Shown here piece after piece: positions 23,900-40,911 of a stretch of 64,000 bases of DNA (positions within the stretch are counted from its first letter, which is position 1; the number at the start of each line of letters is the position of its first letter). The position numbers and the translations under genes are program-made. Under the pieces are notes generated by a model. The model worked only from the letters and a program-made list of their open reading frames with translations, searched no databases and had not been told where the DNA came from. This stretch comes from Octopus sinensis (lineage: Eukaryota): NCBI RefSeq assembly GCF_006345805.1, contig NC_043000.1:39370001-39434000 (forward strand), in the 5' to 3' direction.

Positions 23900-24895
23900 A
23901 GTATATATTACATATATATGCTTATATATACATATAGCTGTGTATATTACTTTTACATATGTATACACATATATATATGCATACACAAATATATATATAT
24001 AAAAGTATATTATTCAAAGAATACAGTGTACGTTCAAACACAAAAGAGATACCAGAAGAATAGGAAATCTGACTCGCTAGAAAGAGCAGTTAAAATTCCA
24101 AGCCACCAATTGTTGTAATTCCGAAAGTGATTGGAAAATAAAAACTTTTACCTTAATGTGTGTGTGTGTGTGTGTGTGTGCGTGTGTGTGTGTGTGTGCG
24201 CGTGTGTGTGTGTGTGTGTATGTGTGTTATGTGAGTGTGTGTACACAAATATGTATAGGTATAAAAGAATGATGAACAGCACGAGCGTAAGCAAACTAAT
24301 CTCGTCCATTAAACAGAAAAACCATAACTATACCACGAAGGTGGTAATAATCTGCACAGCTACACCTTACCGTGCATGAGGCGGTAGATGCGAGTTGTGT
24401 ATAAAGGAAATCTACCAAATATTCATATCGAGACACACATTGCTTAACACCAGATTTGAACAGGCTTTTAAGATGCTTGCATGAACATACCAAAACATTT
24501 AAGAAATTTAAGAAAAGTTCGAGGTAACTCAATGATTCACCCATAGTTGTGTGTGAAAGGAAGGATAGAATAACATATTCTAAATTCAAAATGTCCGTGG
24601 CAGTCCATGGCCCTTCATAGCCTACCTAACATATATACTATCCATCTTATACCACCAAACATAAAGTAGACAGTCAATAGATATATGAATACCTAAAAAC
24701 ATTACATGACAAATACTACACTTGAGTATAAGATTGTCAAGTGGCCAACTACTACAATACATAAACAGGAATGCCAAAATAATAATATCAATCTTGACCT
24801 AGTTAAACAGAACCGAGACTTCGATAACAATGGATGTGAAACAAGTGTCAGCTACACAAGCTTACAAACAGATCAGAATCCTAACTAACCAACAG

Positions 24896-24932
<37 letters not shown>

Positions 24933-25629
24933 ATTTAGTTGGCGTCAAATCTAACGAAATGGACAGACCTTGAAGAAGTTGCACAGAAAATCATGCCCGG
25001 TTGCATGTGCAACTGCCCGTTCTTTGTGCAGTGCTAACATATGTAGGTCAAAACAGGCCTAAAAATAGGCTTTTTTAAATTATAAAATAAAAGTATGAGT
25101 ATGAGCAAGTCTCTATCGCTATGATTTTATATATATTCTTTATTTTCTCTCCTTATTTATCTATGTGTTCCTTTCTGTGGAAGAGCGTAGGTTCGAAACG
25201 TTAAAGAGTTTTCCACTTCGCGAGCATTATACTAATACATCTGTTTGTTCTCTACAGCAACTGTCTTCGTCTTTTGGTTTTTTTTGTGAATTCTCCCTAT
25301 AATATCTATATATTCAATATATAATCGACAAAGTTTAGAGTCAACAAGATGGAGTACGGTTGGACATTTATTTTTTAATCATTACAATTGTTTCCACGAC
25401 AGAGAGAGGCGGGATGCTCTTGAAGCTGAGAATGTGAACTTACGGAGAAAATATTGAGAAAATATTGGACGAGCTTTATACAGTACTCTACTACGTTCTT
25501 CACAGAATATACCATCACAATATACACATATATATGTATATGTATATTTATGTATGTATATACACACACACACACATACCCACACACACACGCATACACA
25601 TGCAAACACACACATATATATATATATAT

Positions 25630-25878
25630 CACGTGATCACATGACCGACCAGACTATCAGATGTTGCTAGACATCGCTGGTCACAATGCACTTCGCATTG
25701 TTTTAGCCTTCAAATGACGCCACCTCGCTGGCTAAGCGAGCAGGCCAATAGAAGAAAGATTGAAAAAAAGTTGTGGCGAAAGAGTACAGCAAGGATCGCC
25801 ACCCACCCCCTGCTGGAGCCTCGCTCTTGGAATCGAAACCGCGAGTCCGCTGCCCTAACCACTGGGCCATTGCGCCTC
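25630..25878 (-). mobile_element. tRNA-derived SINE, internally deleted
   Basis: gaggcgcaaTGGCCCAGTGGttagggcagcggactcgc-GGTTTCGATTCC; related to the copy at 9400-9631. Confidence 0.7.
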
Positions 25879-26320
25879 TACTATATATATATATATAATA
25901 TATATATATATATTATATATATATATAAATGAATGTGTGTGTGAAAACATAGTGAAATCAAAAAGTTTAAACCAAGTATTTCCCATCATGTTGCATTAAC
26001 CCGAAACTCTAACGACACAACACAATTCTTTATCCTTCTTTTCTGTTTTTTATTCTTTAGTTTCCTGAATTTCCTTGAGTAAAGGCTTCTTTCCAAATCG
26101 AATAACGTTTTTTCCGTCTTCTTATTTCCTCTTATTCTTTGCGTGAAGCTAATTCAATAAAGTATATATTTTCGTTTTCCGGTTGTTTTGTCTCTTTTGT
26201 TCCTGGGGCTGTTTCCGTGCATGTAATGGTGCACGACACTCAAAAATCTAAGTTTCACCTACAGAATGTTCAGCAAGAGCTAGGTACATAACTGTATAAG
26301 TCTCCATGCCATAGTGCCAA

Positions 26321-26335
26321 GTGATGATGATGATA

Positions 26336-26367
<32 letters not shown>

Positions 26368-26369
26368 AC

Positions 26370-26434
<65 letters not shown>

Positions 26435-26480
26435 AAGAAGAAGAAGAAGAAGAAGAAGAAGAAGAAGAAGAAGAAGAAGA
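26321..26480. repeat. Compound microsatellite (GAT)n(TAA)n(GAA)n
   Basis: Direct reading. Confidence 0.95.
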
Positions 26481-26489
26481 ATACAAAAT

Positions 26490-26830
26490 TATAAAAGCTA
26501 ATAAACCGAATATTATTATAAAAGATCAGACAAAAAGGTGTGTTTGTTAAATGACATGAGTATTCCTTGCATAAATATAGCAACGAAAGAATTTGACAAG
26601 ATCAGTAAATGTAAAGACTTGCTAACAGAAATTGAAAAAATGTGGCATCTCAAGGTGCCTACTGTACCGGTGATTGTAGGATCTCCAGGAGTGATAAAAA
26701 AAACGGTACTGAAACCTAATTAAAAATGATACCGGACTTACCATCCCTACAGGAAGTGCAAAAAATCGTTTTAACTGGAACGACTGATGTACTGAGAATA
26801 GCATTATCGCTGTGAAAACAACATCCATTC
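26490..26830 (+). mobile_element. Dong/R4-type LINE 3' fragment (RLE domain), subfamily D
   Basis: CLLNDMSIP...KEFDKISKCKDLLTEIEKMWHLK...VPVIVG; closely matches 40150-40465. Confidence 0.85.
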
Positions 26831-27002
26831 ATGAATTTATTTATTAATTAATTTTTTTAAAACATATTTTACCTGTGAATTTGCGTGTGTAATCTGGGAA
26901 TGCATACAATGAGCTTCTCTGCCTTAGGTTTACGGAAAACACTCGGCGAGAAATGGAAGAAAATTTGAAGAAAGAAGGAAAAATAATAATAATAATAATA
27001 AT

Positions 27003-27622
27003 GTGGCTGATGCAGTACCAGGCAGTGGCTGATGCAGTACCAGGCAGTGGCTGATGCAGTACCAGGCAGTGGCTGATGCAGTACCAGGCAGTGGCTCTCA
27101 TGGCTTCTGATCTTAACTGATTGGAAGTGTTATCATGTACATTGTTTTGTCTTGGTATAAAAGATGGGCTACAGCAAATATTCTGCTCAATACCACAGAT
27201 TTGCTTGTCAGTTGTTTGACCTTAACCAGTTGAGCATGTCCCTTAGTGGCTGACGATATGTGCATCTCTGATCACGAGCAGAAGTAGTGGGGGAGCATCA
27301 TAGCCATGTGTTGAGAGGGATTCTTTGGGGTTTGAATAGTTCACCTCTGGAAACATGGGTGGTTCTTTCAACATCCTTAAACAACCCTTATTCAGGACCG
27401 TTTGAGCGGGATGGGCTACTCAACCTGAAGAAAATTCTAACTGGGCCCCACCTGCAAGGTCATGTGCTGTTTATCTTGATATAAGATCACCATGTCGCGC
27501 ACATATGGTTGTGATGCATGTGCCTGGTGTACCTTTATCAGACGGGTAGTCATGATGGGTATATTGGGCTTCGTATATTTTACCCCAGTGTCACTTTGAT
27601 GGCATGAACTGCTCTCTCACTC
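27003..27622 (+). mobile_element. Non-coding ~550-bp element inserted in (TAA)n, with 4x22-bp 5' tandem repeat
   Basis: Near-identical to 32810-33359; (gtggctgatgcagtaccaggca)x4 at 27003-27090; TAA repeats on both sides. Strand is assumed from neighbouring Dong elements. Confidence 0.8.
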
Positions 27623-27680
<58 letters not shown>

Positions 27681-27717
27681 TAATAATAATAATAATATAA
27701 TAATAATAATAACACAC

Positions 27718-28166
27718 ACACACACAGATAGAGAAATTAAGGCCAACAGACCAGATATAGTTGTCAGAGATCATGAAGAAAAAAAAAAATTCTTTCTAAT
27801 TGATGTATCAATACCGGCAGATGATAACGTGTCTCTAAAAGAAATGGAGAAACTCTCAAAATACAAAGACCAGGAAATAGAGGTAACTAGAATGTGGAAT
27901 CTGAAAACAGAAACAATTCCTATCATAGTAGGTGCATTAGGCATGATAAAAAAAATATTCAGACAAATACATAACAAAAACACCAGGACTTACAAACACA
28001 TATAACATACAGAAAATTGCACTACTAGGCACTGCACACATCCTACGCAGAACACTTTCCATACAATAACCATCAGAGCATCACACAAATCACAGCACAT
28101 ACCCAAGACACACAGAGCTGCGCTCGGTAGTGAAATGAAAGCACGCTATAAAAATAAAACTACTGA
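27718..28166 (+). mobile_element. Dong/R4-type LINE 3' fragment, subfamily A
   Basis: ANRPDIVVRD...LIDVSIP...; nearly identical to 32240-32685 including the 3' end aaaactactg|(aat)n. Confidence 0.9.
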
Positions 28167-28235
28167 ATAATAATAATATAATAATAATAATAATATAATA
28201 ATAATAATAATATAATAATAATAATGATGATGATG

Positions 28236-28325
<90 letters not shown>

Positions 28326-28829
28326 TAACAATAATAATAATAATAATGATAATAGCGCCAGCCTTTAGAGCCGCTGGACGATCAGCTTTAAAAACTTTAA
28401 TATCTACAACTTCTGTGAATACCTATCCTTCCCTTTCTCTCTGAGTATTCGAAAATGTAAACATCCTTTTCATTGCAAAAACTCTACAGTCTTCTCTCAT
28501 CGAACACAAACAAACATCTCTAGAAAATTTTAAAACTTCAATATCCACAATTTTGTGTTAAAATTTAATCTTTCTTTTCTCCCCGACTACCTGAATATAT
28601 AAAAACACCTTTTATTTCCAACAACACAATTAAATACACGATAATTTTTTTTTTAATTATGGAGTTAAGCACCTGCCAAAATATACAAGTTGCACAATTA
28701 CAAAACCACAAGAAACTTATTAAAAAGGGGAAAAAGAGAAAAAATTTAGAAATTCAAAAATTACTCGATGCGAGCATGTGGACATCTTTGGATAGAAAAA
28801 TAGATAAATAGATAGATAAATTAGATCAT

Positions 28830-28910
<81 letters not shown>

Positions 28911-28949
28911 GGACAGACAGATAGATAAATAGACAGATAGAGAGATATC

Positions 28950-28979
<30 letters not shown>

Positions 28980-28982
<3 letters not shown>

Positions 28983-29400
28983 TTATATTTGTACAAGTTG
29001 GCTCCAAGTCTCACCCAGAGACCTCAAGAGGCAACAGGTTGGAAGTTCGTATTGTTGTCATGCCTAGTGAGCCATATATTTGGTTTTGTATTTAGTGTTG
29101 TACTAGTGAATGCCTAAAAAAAACAAACGAAAGTTATGTTTGTTTTAAAACTTGAGATTACATATTTTGCATAGGATATGAGCAGTTCCCATGAGCACTA
29201 CCTTCTGAATTTCTGCCATTTTGGGGTTTCCTGATATCTGAGTTAGGTAGCGATCAGCCCCTTTTGCTATCATTCCCAGGGCACCTATGACAACAGGTAT
29301 TGTTTTAGTCTTCAGGTTCCACATTTTGCTGATTTCTATTTCAAGATCTTTATATTTGCTCAGTTTTTGGTAGGTCTTGACAGATACGTTTATATCGATT
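28980..29400 (-). mobile_element. Dong/R4-type LINE 3' fragment, subfamily B, inverted
   Basis: Reverse complement of ~36110-36555; flanked by (TTA)n on the + strand. Confidence 0.88.
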
Positions 29401-29413
29401 ATTATTATTATTA

Positions 29414-29533
<120 letters not shown>

Positions 29534-29906
29534 GATAATGACGATGATGATGATGATGATTATTATTTCTATCAGTTATTAAAAATAGAACAAGGTGGAT
29601 TGGTTCTTTGCAAGGTCAGGGTCAACGCCCTCATTGATCGCTAGTAGTAGTAAACGCATTTGACCTTTGCTGGCCCCAAGGGTGTACAGCCTCTATTTTG
29701 TTCCTTATCACACAGGAATGTCCATTGCTGACCTCCTCACCATCTGCCGAATCTATTTACAGACCTATAGAATTTGGTCTATTCATGAACCTGCTTCTCT
29801 TCCTCCTACTATTCCCTTCAACCCTTACATATTTATATTTATCTCAAGTACAAGACAAAAGTTGGAACCAAACCACACTTAATAATACCTTTCAATAATA
29901 AATGTA

Positions 29907-29940
<34 letters not shown>

Positions 29941-32685
29941 GAAAAGCTAAAGCAAGATATCCTTGCCAAAGCACAAAGGATCCGCCGGTACGAGAAACGC
30001 CAGCGCTTCTTTGAACAAAACAAACAGTTCAACTCCAACCCCAAAAAGTTCTACCAAGAACTTGGCAAAAATAAAATAGAAATCACTGCAGCACCAACGG
30101 CAGAAGAAGTGGAAGAATTCTGGACAGAAATATGGTCGGCGAACGAACAACCAAAAACAAGGAGCTTGAAAACAACAAACTCAGCATCTGAGCAACTTTG
30201 GACCCAATAACAACTGAAGAGGTCACCCAGGCACTGCAAAGACTAAGCAACTGGAAGGCACCTGGGCATGACAAGATCCCCAACTTCTGGTTGAAATATC
30301 TAACAGGAATGCACAAAAAGCTGGCTGAAAACTTTAACAACATACTAGCAGAGCCAGAGACAATGCCTGAATGGCTCACGAAGGGGAAAACCATCATAAT
30401 TTCCAAATCAAATGAGACAGCAAAACCAGAAAACTACAGACCAATAACGTGTCTCCCTACGATGCACAAGGCATTTACTGCAGTGATATCGCAAATGTTG
30501 AACAAGCACCTGGACGAAAACAACCTGTTTCCAGAAGAGCAGAAAGGATGCCGCAAAAGCTCATATGGCTGTAAAGATCAACTAATGATCAATAAAGAAG
30601 ACAGCCACAGAAAAAAGAAAGGCCTCAGTATGGCCTGGATTGATTACAAAAAGGCGTTTGATAGCATCCCCCACACATGGATCCTCGAAACACTAGCCAT
30701 TAACAAAGTAGCACCAACAATTATAAAATTCATAGAGCACTCTATGAATAAATGGCAAACAGTGCTACAGCTCCAAACAAAAGAGGGACTCATGAAAACC
30801 AAAGACATCCCCATTAGAAGACGAATATTCCAGGGAGACACGCTCTCTCCACTCCTTTTCTGCTTGGCACTGTCACCTCTATCTGATATGCTAAATAGAA
30901 CTGGATGCGGATATAAATGTTACGGCAAAACGATCAGCCACCTTTTATATATGGATGACCTAAAACTATACGCTGCAAATGACAAACAGATGGAAATACT
31001 ATTAAAGACAGTTCATGGATTTACCAAAGAAATAGATATGAAATTTGGATTAGAAAAATGCGCCAAAGTAACCCTGAAAAGAGGAAAACTAGTTAAGAGT
31101 AGCAACATCACACTAGATAAAACCAATGAAATAAAAGAATTAGACCAAAGCCAAACTTACAAATACTTAGGAATCCATGAACTAGATAAAACACAACACA
31201 CACAAATGAAAGAGAAAATAAAAAAGTATATTATAGACGAGTTAGATCAATACTAAAAACAGAGCTCAATGCTAAAAACAAGATAATAGGTATTAACACT
31301 TTAGCTGTTCCAGTTATAAGTTACAGCTACAATATCCTTAACTGGACACTAAATGAACTGACCAAAATAGATAGGAAAAGAAGAAAAATAATGACAGGAT
31401 CTAGGATGCATCACCCAAAATCTGACATAGAAAGACTATATATACAACGTAGTAGAGGCCTTATACAGCTGGAAAACTACTTTAAAATAACCACCATAGG
31501 ACTGCAAAAATATCTACGTCAGAAGCAAGCAAAACTGATACGAATAGCGGCAAAACACGAGCAAAACAAAAAACTGTTCTCAGTATTTAGGGAAGCTGAC
31601 AAATACAAACAAGAAATCATACCACCTAATAAACATTAAGAAAAAGAAAAAGAAGAAGAAGAAGAAGAAGAAGAAGGAGGAGGAGGAGGAGGAGGAGAAG
31701 AAGAAGAAGAACAAGAAGAACAAGAAGAACAAGAAGAAGAAGAAGAAGAAGAAACAACAAAAGCTATAAAACAAATGAAATCCAAACTAAAAATAGAACA
31801 GCAACGAACCATGATAAAACGATGGCAAGAAAAGCCCCTTCATGGTAAATACTGGACTAAACTAAATACAAAGAAATAGACAAAGAAAAATCCCAGCAAT
31901 GTTTGAGAAGCTCAGGACTCAAACAGAGACAGAGGGATTTTTAATTGCAGCACAAGACCAAGCCTCCCCACCAGAAATTACCAAAAACATGTAATGAAAA
32001 GAAATATTACAAGTAACTGCAGAATATGTGGAGATGGACAAGAAACAATAAATCATATTATCTCTAGCTGCCCAGTCCTGGCTAAGAAGGAATATATTCA
32101 CAGACATGACAGAGTTGGAACCTACATACATTGGAAGCTATGCCAACATTATGGAATAACAACAGAAAAAAGATGGTATAGGCACACACCAGAAAAGGTC
32201 ACCGAAAAACGAGAAAGCAACCATACTCTGGGATATGCCGATACACACAGATAGAGAAATTAAGGCCAACAGACCAGATATAGTTGTCAGAGACCATGAA
32301 GGAAAAAAATGCTTTCTAATTGATGTATCAATACCGGCAGATGATAACGTGTCTCTAAAAGAAATGGAGAAACTTTCAACATACAAAGACCTGGAAATAG
32401 AGGTAACCAGAATGTGGAATCTAAAAACAGAAACAATTCCTATCATAGTAGGTGCATTAGGCATGATAAAAAAATATTCAGACAAATACATAACAAAAAC
32501 ACCAGGACTTACAAACACATATAGCATACAGAAAATTGCACTACTAGGCACTGCACACATCCTACGCAGAACACTTTCCATACAATAACCATCAGAGCAT
32601 CACAACAAATCACAGCACATACCTAAGGCACACAGAGCTGCGCTCGGTAGTGAAGTGAAAGCACGCTATAAAAATAAAACTACTG
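29941..32685 (+). mobile_element. Dong/R4-clade non-LTR retrotransposon (RT, CCHC and RLE), subfamily A, 5'-truncated
   Basis: NWKAPGHD, NYRPITCL, EQKGCR, AWIDYKKAFDS, IFQGDTLSPLLF, LYMDDLK; CRICG..ETINHIISSC; RHD; RPDI...IDVSIP; embedded in (TAA)n. Confidence 0.93.
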
Positions 32686-32738
32686 AATAATAATATAATA
32701 ATAATAATAATAATAATTCATTAATAATAATAATAATA

Positions 32739-32809
<71 letters not shown>

Positions 32810-32811
<2 letters not shown>

Positions 32812-33359
32812 GATGCAGTACCAGGCAGTGGCTCTCATGGCTTCTGATCTTAACTGACTGGAAGTGTTATCATGTACATTGTTTTGTCTTGGTATAAAAG
32901 ATGGGCTACAGCAAATATTCTGCTCAATACCACAGATTTGCTTGTCAGTTGTTTGACCTTAACCAGTTGAGCATGTCCTTAGGGGCTGACGATATGTGCA
33001 TCTCTGATCACGAGCAGAAGTAGTGGGGGAGCATCATAGCCATGTGTTGAGAGGGATTCTTGGAGGTTTGAATAATTCACCTCTGGAAACATGGGTGGTT
33101 CTTTCAACATCCTTAAACAACCCTTATTCAGGGACCTTTTGAGCGGAATGGGCTACTCAACCTGAAGAAAATTCTAACTGGGCCCCACCTGCAAGGTCAT
33201 GTGCTGTTTATCTTGATATGAGATCACCATGTCGCGCACATATGGTTGTGATGCATGTGCCTGGTGTACCTTTATCAGACGGGTAGTCATGATGGGTATA
33301 TTGGGCTTCGTATATTTTACCCCAGTGTCACTTTGATGGCATGCACTGCTCTCTCACTC
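32810..33359 (+). mobile_element. Second copy of the (TAA)n-inserted non-coding element
   Basis: Aligns end to end with ~27073-27622. Confidence 0.8.
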
Positions 33360-33417
<58 letters not shown>

Positions 33418-33501
33418 GTAGTAGTAATAATAATAGTAGTAGTAGTAGTAATAATAATAATATAATAATAATAATAATAATAATAATATATAATAATAAT
33501 A

Positions 33502-33533
<32 letters not shown>

Positions 33534-33539
33534 TAATAC

Positions 33540-36685
<3,146 letters not shown>

Positions 36686-36879
36686 TTTAGCCATATCGGA
36701 TCAGAGGAAATATTAATAATGATAAATAGAAAGAAGAATGGAAATAATAATATCAGTGATGATAATAATAATAATGAAAAAACCTGTGGGAATCTCTCTA
36801 TGCTCTGATTGAAGATACTTCTTGTGATGGTGTGAAAATAAAAACAGTGGTAATTGCGCAACCTGATAATGAAAAACAA

Positions 36880-39800
36880 AATATTGTGGAAAACGGTGGT
36901 TATGAAACTGAAGCTCTTGATGGTGACAATCTTGCGCTCTGCAGGCTCAGAGATACCTGTCCGACTCCAGCCTGTCGTTATCCAGCAAGGTGTACACGGT
37001 GTACACGGGACAAAAGAATCAATGCGGTGGTCATGAAGTGTTACTACCTGAGAAAGCCTGTAGACGAAAATGGTGTACGTAACAGGGGATACCGACATCG
37101 TATGTATGATCAATGGAGAGAAAGAGGATTGTTTCAACTCAAAGAACAGAGATTGTATGATGAAGCTAGAGCAAAAATAAATAATCGTTGATTCACGGAA
37201 GTAAAACTCGAAGCTAGCAAAAGACTGGTATTGGAAAACAGCGACAGAGGAAACGATGAAAATACAGTTCTTACTGATAAAAGTATTCTCATAGTAGAAA
37301 ACAGAGGTGAGATCTCGAATAAACCACAGAACAGGAGACAGTGATAGATTTCTCGATGAGACACATATAGATGATCTGGAAGAAAACAATAAACCTAATG
37401 GTAACATGACAGATGAGCAAAAGGCAATCTACGACAGAATAAAGAAAAGTCTACAGGAGAACGATAGCGACATTAAAAGGTTGATCGATGGAAATTGAAC
37501 TTAAAACCGAAAAATGTCAATGAAATTCTGAAATACATCAATGCAAAAAACATCATAGAAACAAATAATTTGATCAAGGCAGCAAGTATTGTTGTTGCAG
37601 AAAATGTGTATATTGATGACAAGGAAAAGAAATATAGTGGGAGTGAGAAAAGAAAAGATCCATTGGGGAAAAGAAGAATCCAGGCATGGTTAGATATGCT
37701 CTCGAAAGAGGTTTCTGTATTAGATCGAAAAGAGAAGGGGGGAGCTTAAAAGCTAACACAAATACTGTACACTGAACAGGAAGTATGATATTGAAAGAAA
37801 GGGTCTCAAAAGAGGTAATGGATGAACTTAAACAGCGCCTCATTGCAAAGAAAGCAAAGATAGTAAGATACGACCAGAAAATGAATACCAGCAGGTTATT
37901 CTGAGTAGATCAGAAAGGATTCTATAAAGAAATAAATGGAGGGCGTAAATGGATGAAAAGTTGATACCAGATAACATTGAAAGTCAAAGGTTTTGGAGTG
38001 ACGTCTGGGACAAAGACATGAACCACAAGAAGTATGCTGAATGGTTGCAAGAACCGATACAAAAAGTAGTCGGTCCAAAACAGGCAGGACTAGCCATTTC
38101 AATTAGGGAAGTGAAGGAAATCAGCAAAAAAAAAATGAGCAACTGGAAAGCCCCGGGACCAGATGGAGTTCAAGGCTACTGGATCAAAAGATTTGGTGAA
38201 TGTCATGCACGAATAGCTGCGCAACTCAACGCCTTGTTAAATGCCAACCACGTAACACCAGATTGATTGACAGTGCATAGGACAGTGCTGTGCTTGAAAA
38301 ACAGCGAAAAAGGCAATTCGATCGACAATTACAGGCCGATATCCTGCCACTTATGTGGAACTTAATGACTGGAATAGTAGCAGAGTCAATGTAGGGACAT
38401 TTGGATAAAATGGAGTCCTGCCACATGAGCAGAAGGGTTGCAAGCGTAAGTGCAGAGGTACCAAGGATCAACACCTGTTAGATAAAGCTATTCTTAGAGG
38501 ATGCAAGAGGAGGAAAACTAACTTCGCCATGTCATGGATCGATTATCGTAAGGCGTACGATGTGATCCCGATCCCACATTCTTGTATAATGGAATGCTTG
38601 AACCTATTTGGTATTGCATCGAATGTTGAGCGATCGCTTGGAAAAAGTATGGCGAAGTGGAGGACGGAACTGACAACATATGGAAGAAGTCTAGCAACAC
38701 TAGAAATCCGGAGAGGCATCTTCCACGGGGACTGCCTATCCTCACTGCCCTTTGCACAGAGCATGATACCACTAACCCCGATTCTGAGGAAAGCAAATGC
38801 TGGGCATGTATTCAAGTCACCAACAAAAAGTGCACCACTTGTTATTCATGGATGACCTCAAACCTTATGGTAAAGATGAATTCCAAGTCAGTTCCCTCTT
38901 TGTTGCGGTGTATACCTTCAGTGTTGATATCATAAAGGAGTTCGAATTGAGAAAGTGTGATGTGCTAGTCTTGAGGAGAGGCAAAATGTATGGATGGGCT
39001 AGCGATACCGCCAGAGCAGGTTGTAAAGTAGTTAGAAGAAACAGGCTATAAGTACTTGGGGATATTAGAAATGGATAAATTGATGAATGAAGAAATTATA
39101 GAAAAATTAAGGGGGAGTACTTGTGCAGACTGAGACTGATCCTTAAGTCGAAATTAAACGGATGGAATAAGATTGAAGCTATCCAAACCTGGGTGATGTC
39201 ATTCTTTAGATATGGAGCAGAGGTAATCGCATGGAGAGTAGATGAACTAAATAGCTTATACAGAAAGACAAGGAAGTTGCTGACTAGATAATCCTCCTAA
39301 GAAGTGACACAGACACACTGTATGTACCAAGGAAAAAGAGGGGGAAGAGGACTGGTTGGATGCGAACACCGCATTAGAGCAGAGAAAACAACATAGCATG
39401 GTATGTAAAACAAAATGCCACAGAACCGCCATTATTTGAAATAAGACCGTCCAGCGTGTGTAGGATGAAAGATTGCAAAGATCAAGCACTGTACAAGCAC
39501 TTGAGAATGAATGAAACTGAAAAGAGGTGGATGAAGAAAAGAATGCGAGGACAATTTCACAGGGATGTTGAAGATAAGATAGACAGAGAAAAACGATAGC
39601 TATATATGACTACAAGTGATTTAAAACCGGAAACGGAAGCTCGGATCTGTGCTGCTGCAAAGAAAATAAAATTAATTGCAAAGACATAAGCACATGAAAA
39701 ATTAGCTAGCAGATGGGAACAGAAACTTCTGCATGGCAAATATGTGGCCCGTAGCAAACAAGCTGATGTCGACCAGAAACACACGCACCAATGGTTACGA

Positions 39801-40470
39801 AGCTCAGGGTTAAAAACAGAGTGAAGGTTTCATAATAGCTGCTCAAGACCAAAGCTTATTAACCCGGAACTACCTAGCCAATGTGATAAAAATGGATCTG
39901 ACCCAAAATGCCGATTCTGTAACGATGAGATTGAAACTATAGACCACCTAATCTCAGGGTGTAGAGTCTTAGCATCTGTAGAATATAAAGCAAGATATGA
40001 CAGAGTCGGCCACTATTTACACTGGACAATATGTCGGATTTATAAAATCAAAACCGCTGACAAATGGTAAAAACCCCATCCTGAATCTGTGACTGTGGGA
40101 GAAAATGTGTCGATTCTATGGGACTTCCCCGTACATACCGACAACATTATAAAAGCTAATAAACTGGATATTATTATAAAATATCAGACAAAAAGGTGTG
40201 TTTATTAATTGACATGCGTATTCCTTGCGATCAAAATATAGCGGCGAAAGAATTTGACAAGATCAGTAAATATAAAGACTTGCTAATAGAAATTGAAAAA
40301 AATGTGCCATCTCAAGGTACCAGTGATTGTAGGATCTATAGGAATGATAAAAAAAGGTACTGAAAATGATACCAGGCTTACCATCCCTACAGGATGTGCA
40401 AAAAATCGTTTTAACTGGAACGACTCATGTACTGAGAAGAGCATTATCGCTGTGAAAACAACAAATTTCC
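36880..40470 (+). mobile_element. Older Dong/R4-clade LINE, chimeric (subfamily C joined to subfamily D near 39658)
   Basis: N-terminal VMKCYY...GYRHRMYDQW...EQRL; NWKAPGPDGVQGYW; WIDYRKAYD; FMDDLK; post-RT segment occurs twice; many stops. Confidence 0.85.
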
Positions 40471-40527
40471 AGAAATGTAGATTATAAATTATTACGTGAA
40501 AAGGATATATTAGATTTATAAAATAGA

Positions 40528-40910
40528 CTAGCAGTATCGTCCAGTGTTTCTCGGGTTTGTTTCGAACCTTTAGAATTGGAATTTTGGAAAAGTAAAAATT
40601 TTGCATTATGTAGCTTGATATTCTCTTTAAGTGAACATTTTCTGATTGAAATACACCGAAAAATGACGACACAGCAGTCAAAAAATCGTAAAAAAGTAGG
40701 GATTTTCATAGAAAAAAGCACCGTTTTGATGTAAATAATTTTTGGTGTTAACATTGTCCGATTTGAATTTTATCTTCTATGGAAGGAGGAGCAAGCCTTC
40801 TATCATACTCTCAATTTTGGTCAGTTTGCGCCGCAAGGTCTCGGAGGAGATAGTGTTAGTTGAAGGCTACCAAACCTGCCATACACAGACAACTTCAGCT
40901 TTATATATAT
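40528..40910 (-). mobile_element. Non-autonomous Helitron
   Basis: 3' CTAG at 40528-40531 with degenerate hairpin; 5' end atatataaagctgaagttgtctgtgt on the - strand. Confidence 0.65.
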
Positions 40911-40911
40911 A

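Noticed and set aside
24880-24932. (CTAA)n as a telomeric repeat
   Set aside because: A tetranucleotide microsatellite, not (TTAGGG)n or (TTAGG)n.
27003-27090. CRISPR-like short direct repeats
   Set aside because: The 22-bp units are directly adjacent with no spacers, there are no cas genes, and the context is eukaryotic.
27250-27290. CTGACGA here, and similar boxes at ~8063(-), ~27423, ~41284 and ~59007, as further HHR cores
   Set aside because: No properly placed stem II, GAAA, stem III and stem I pairing was found.
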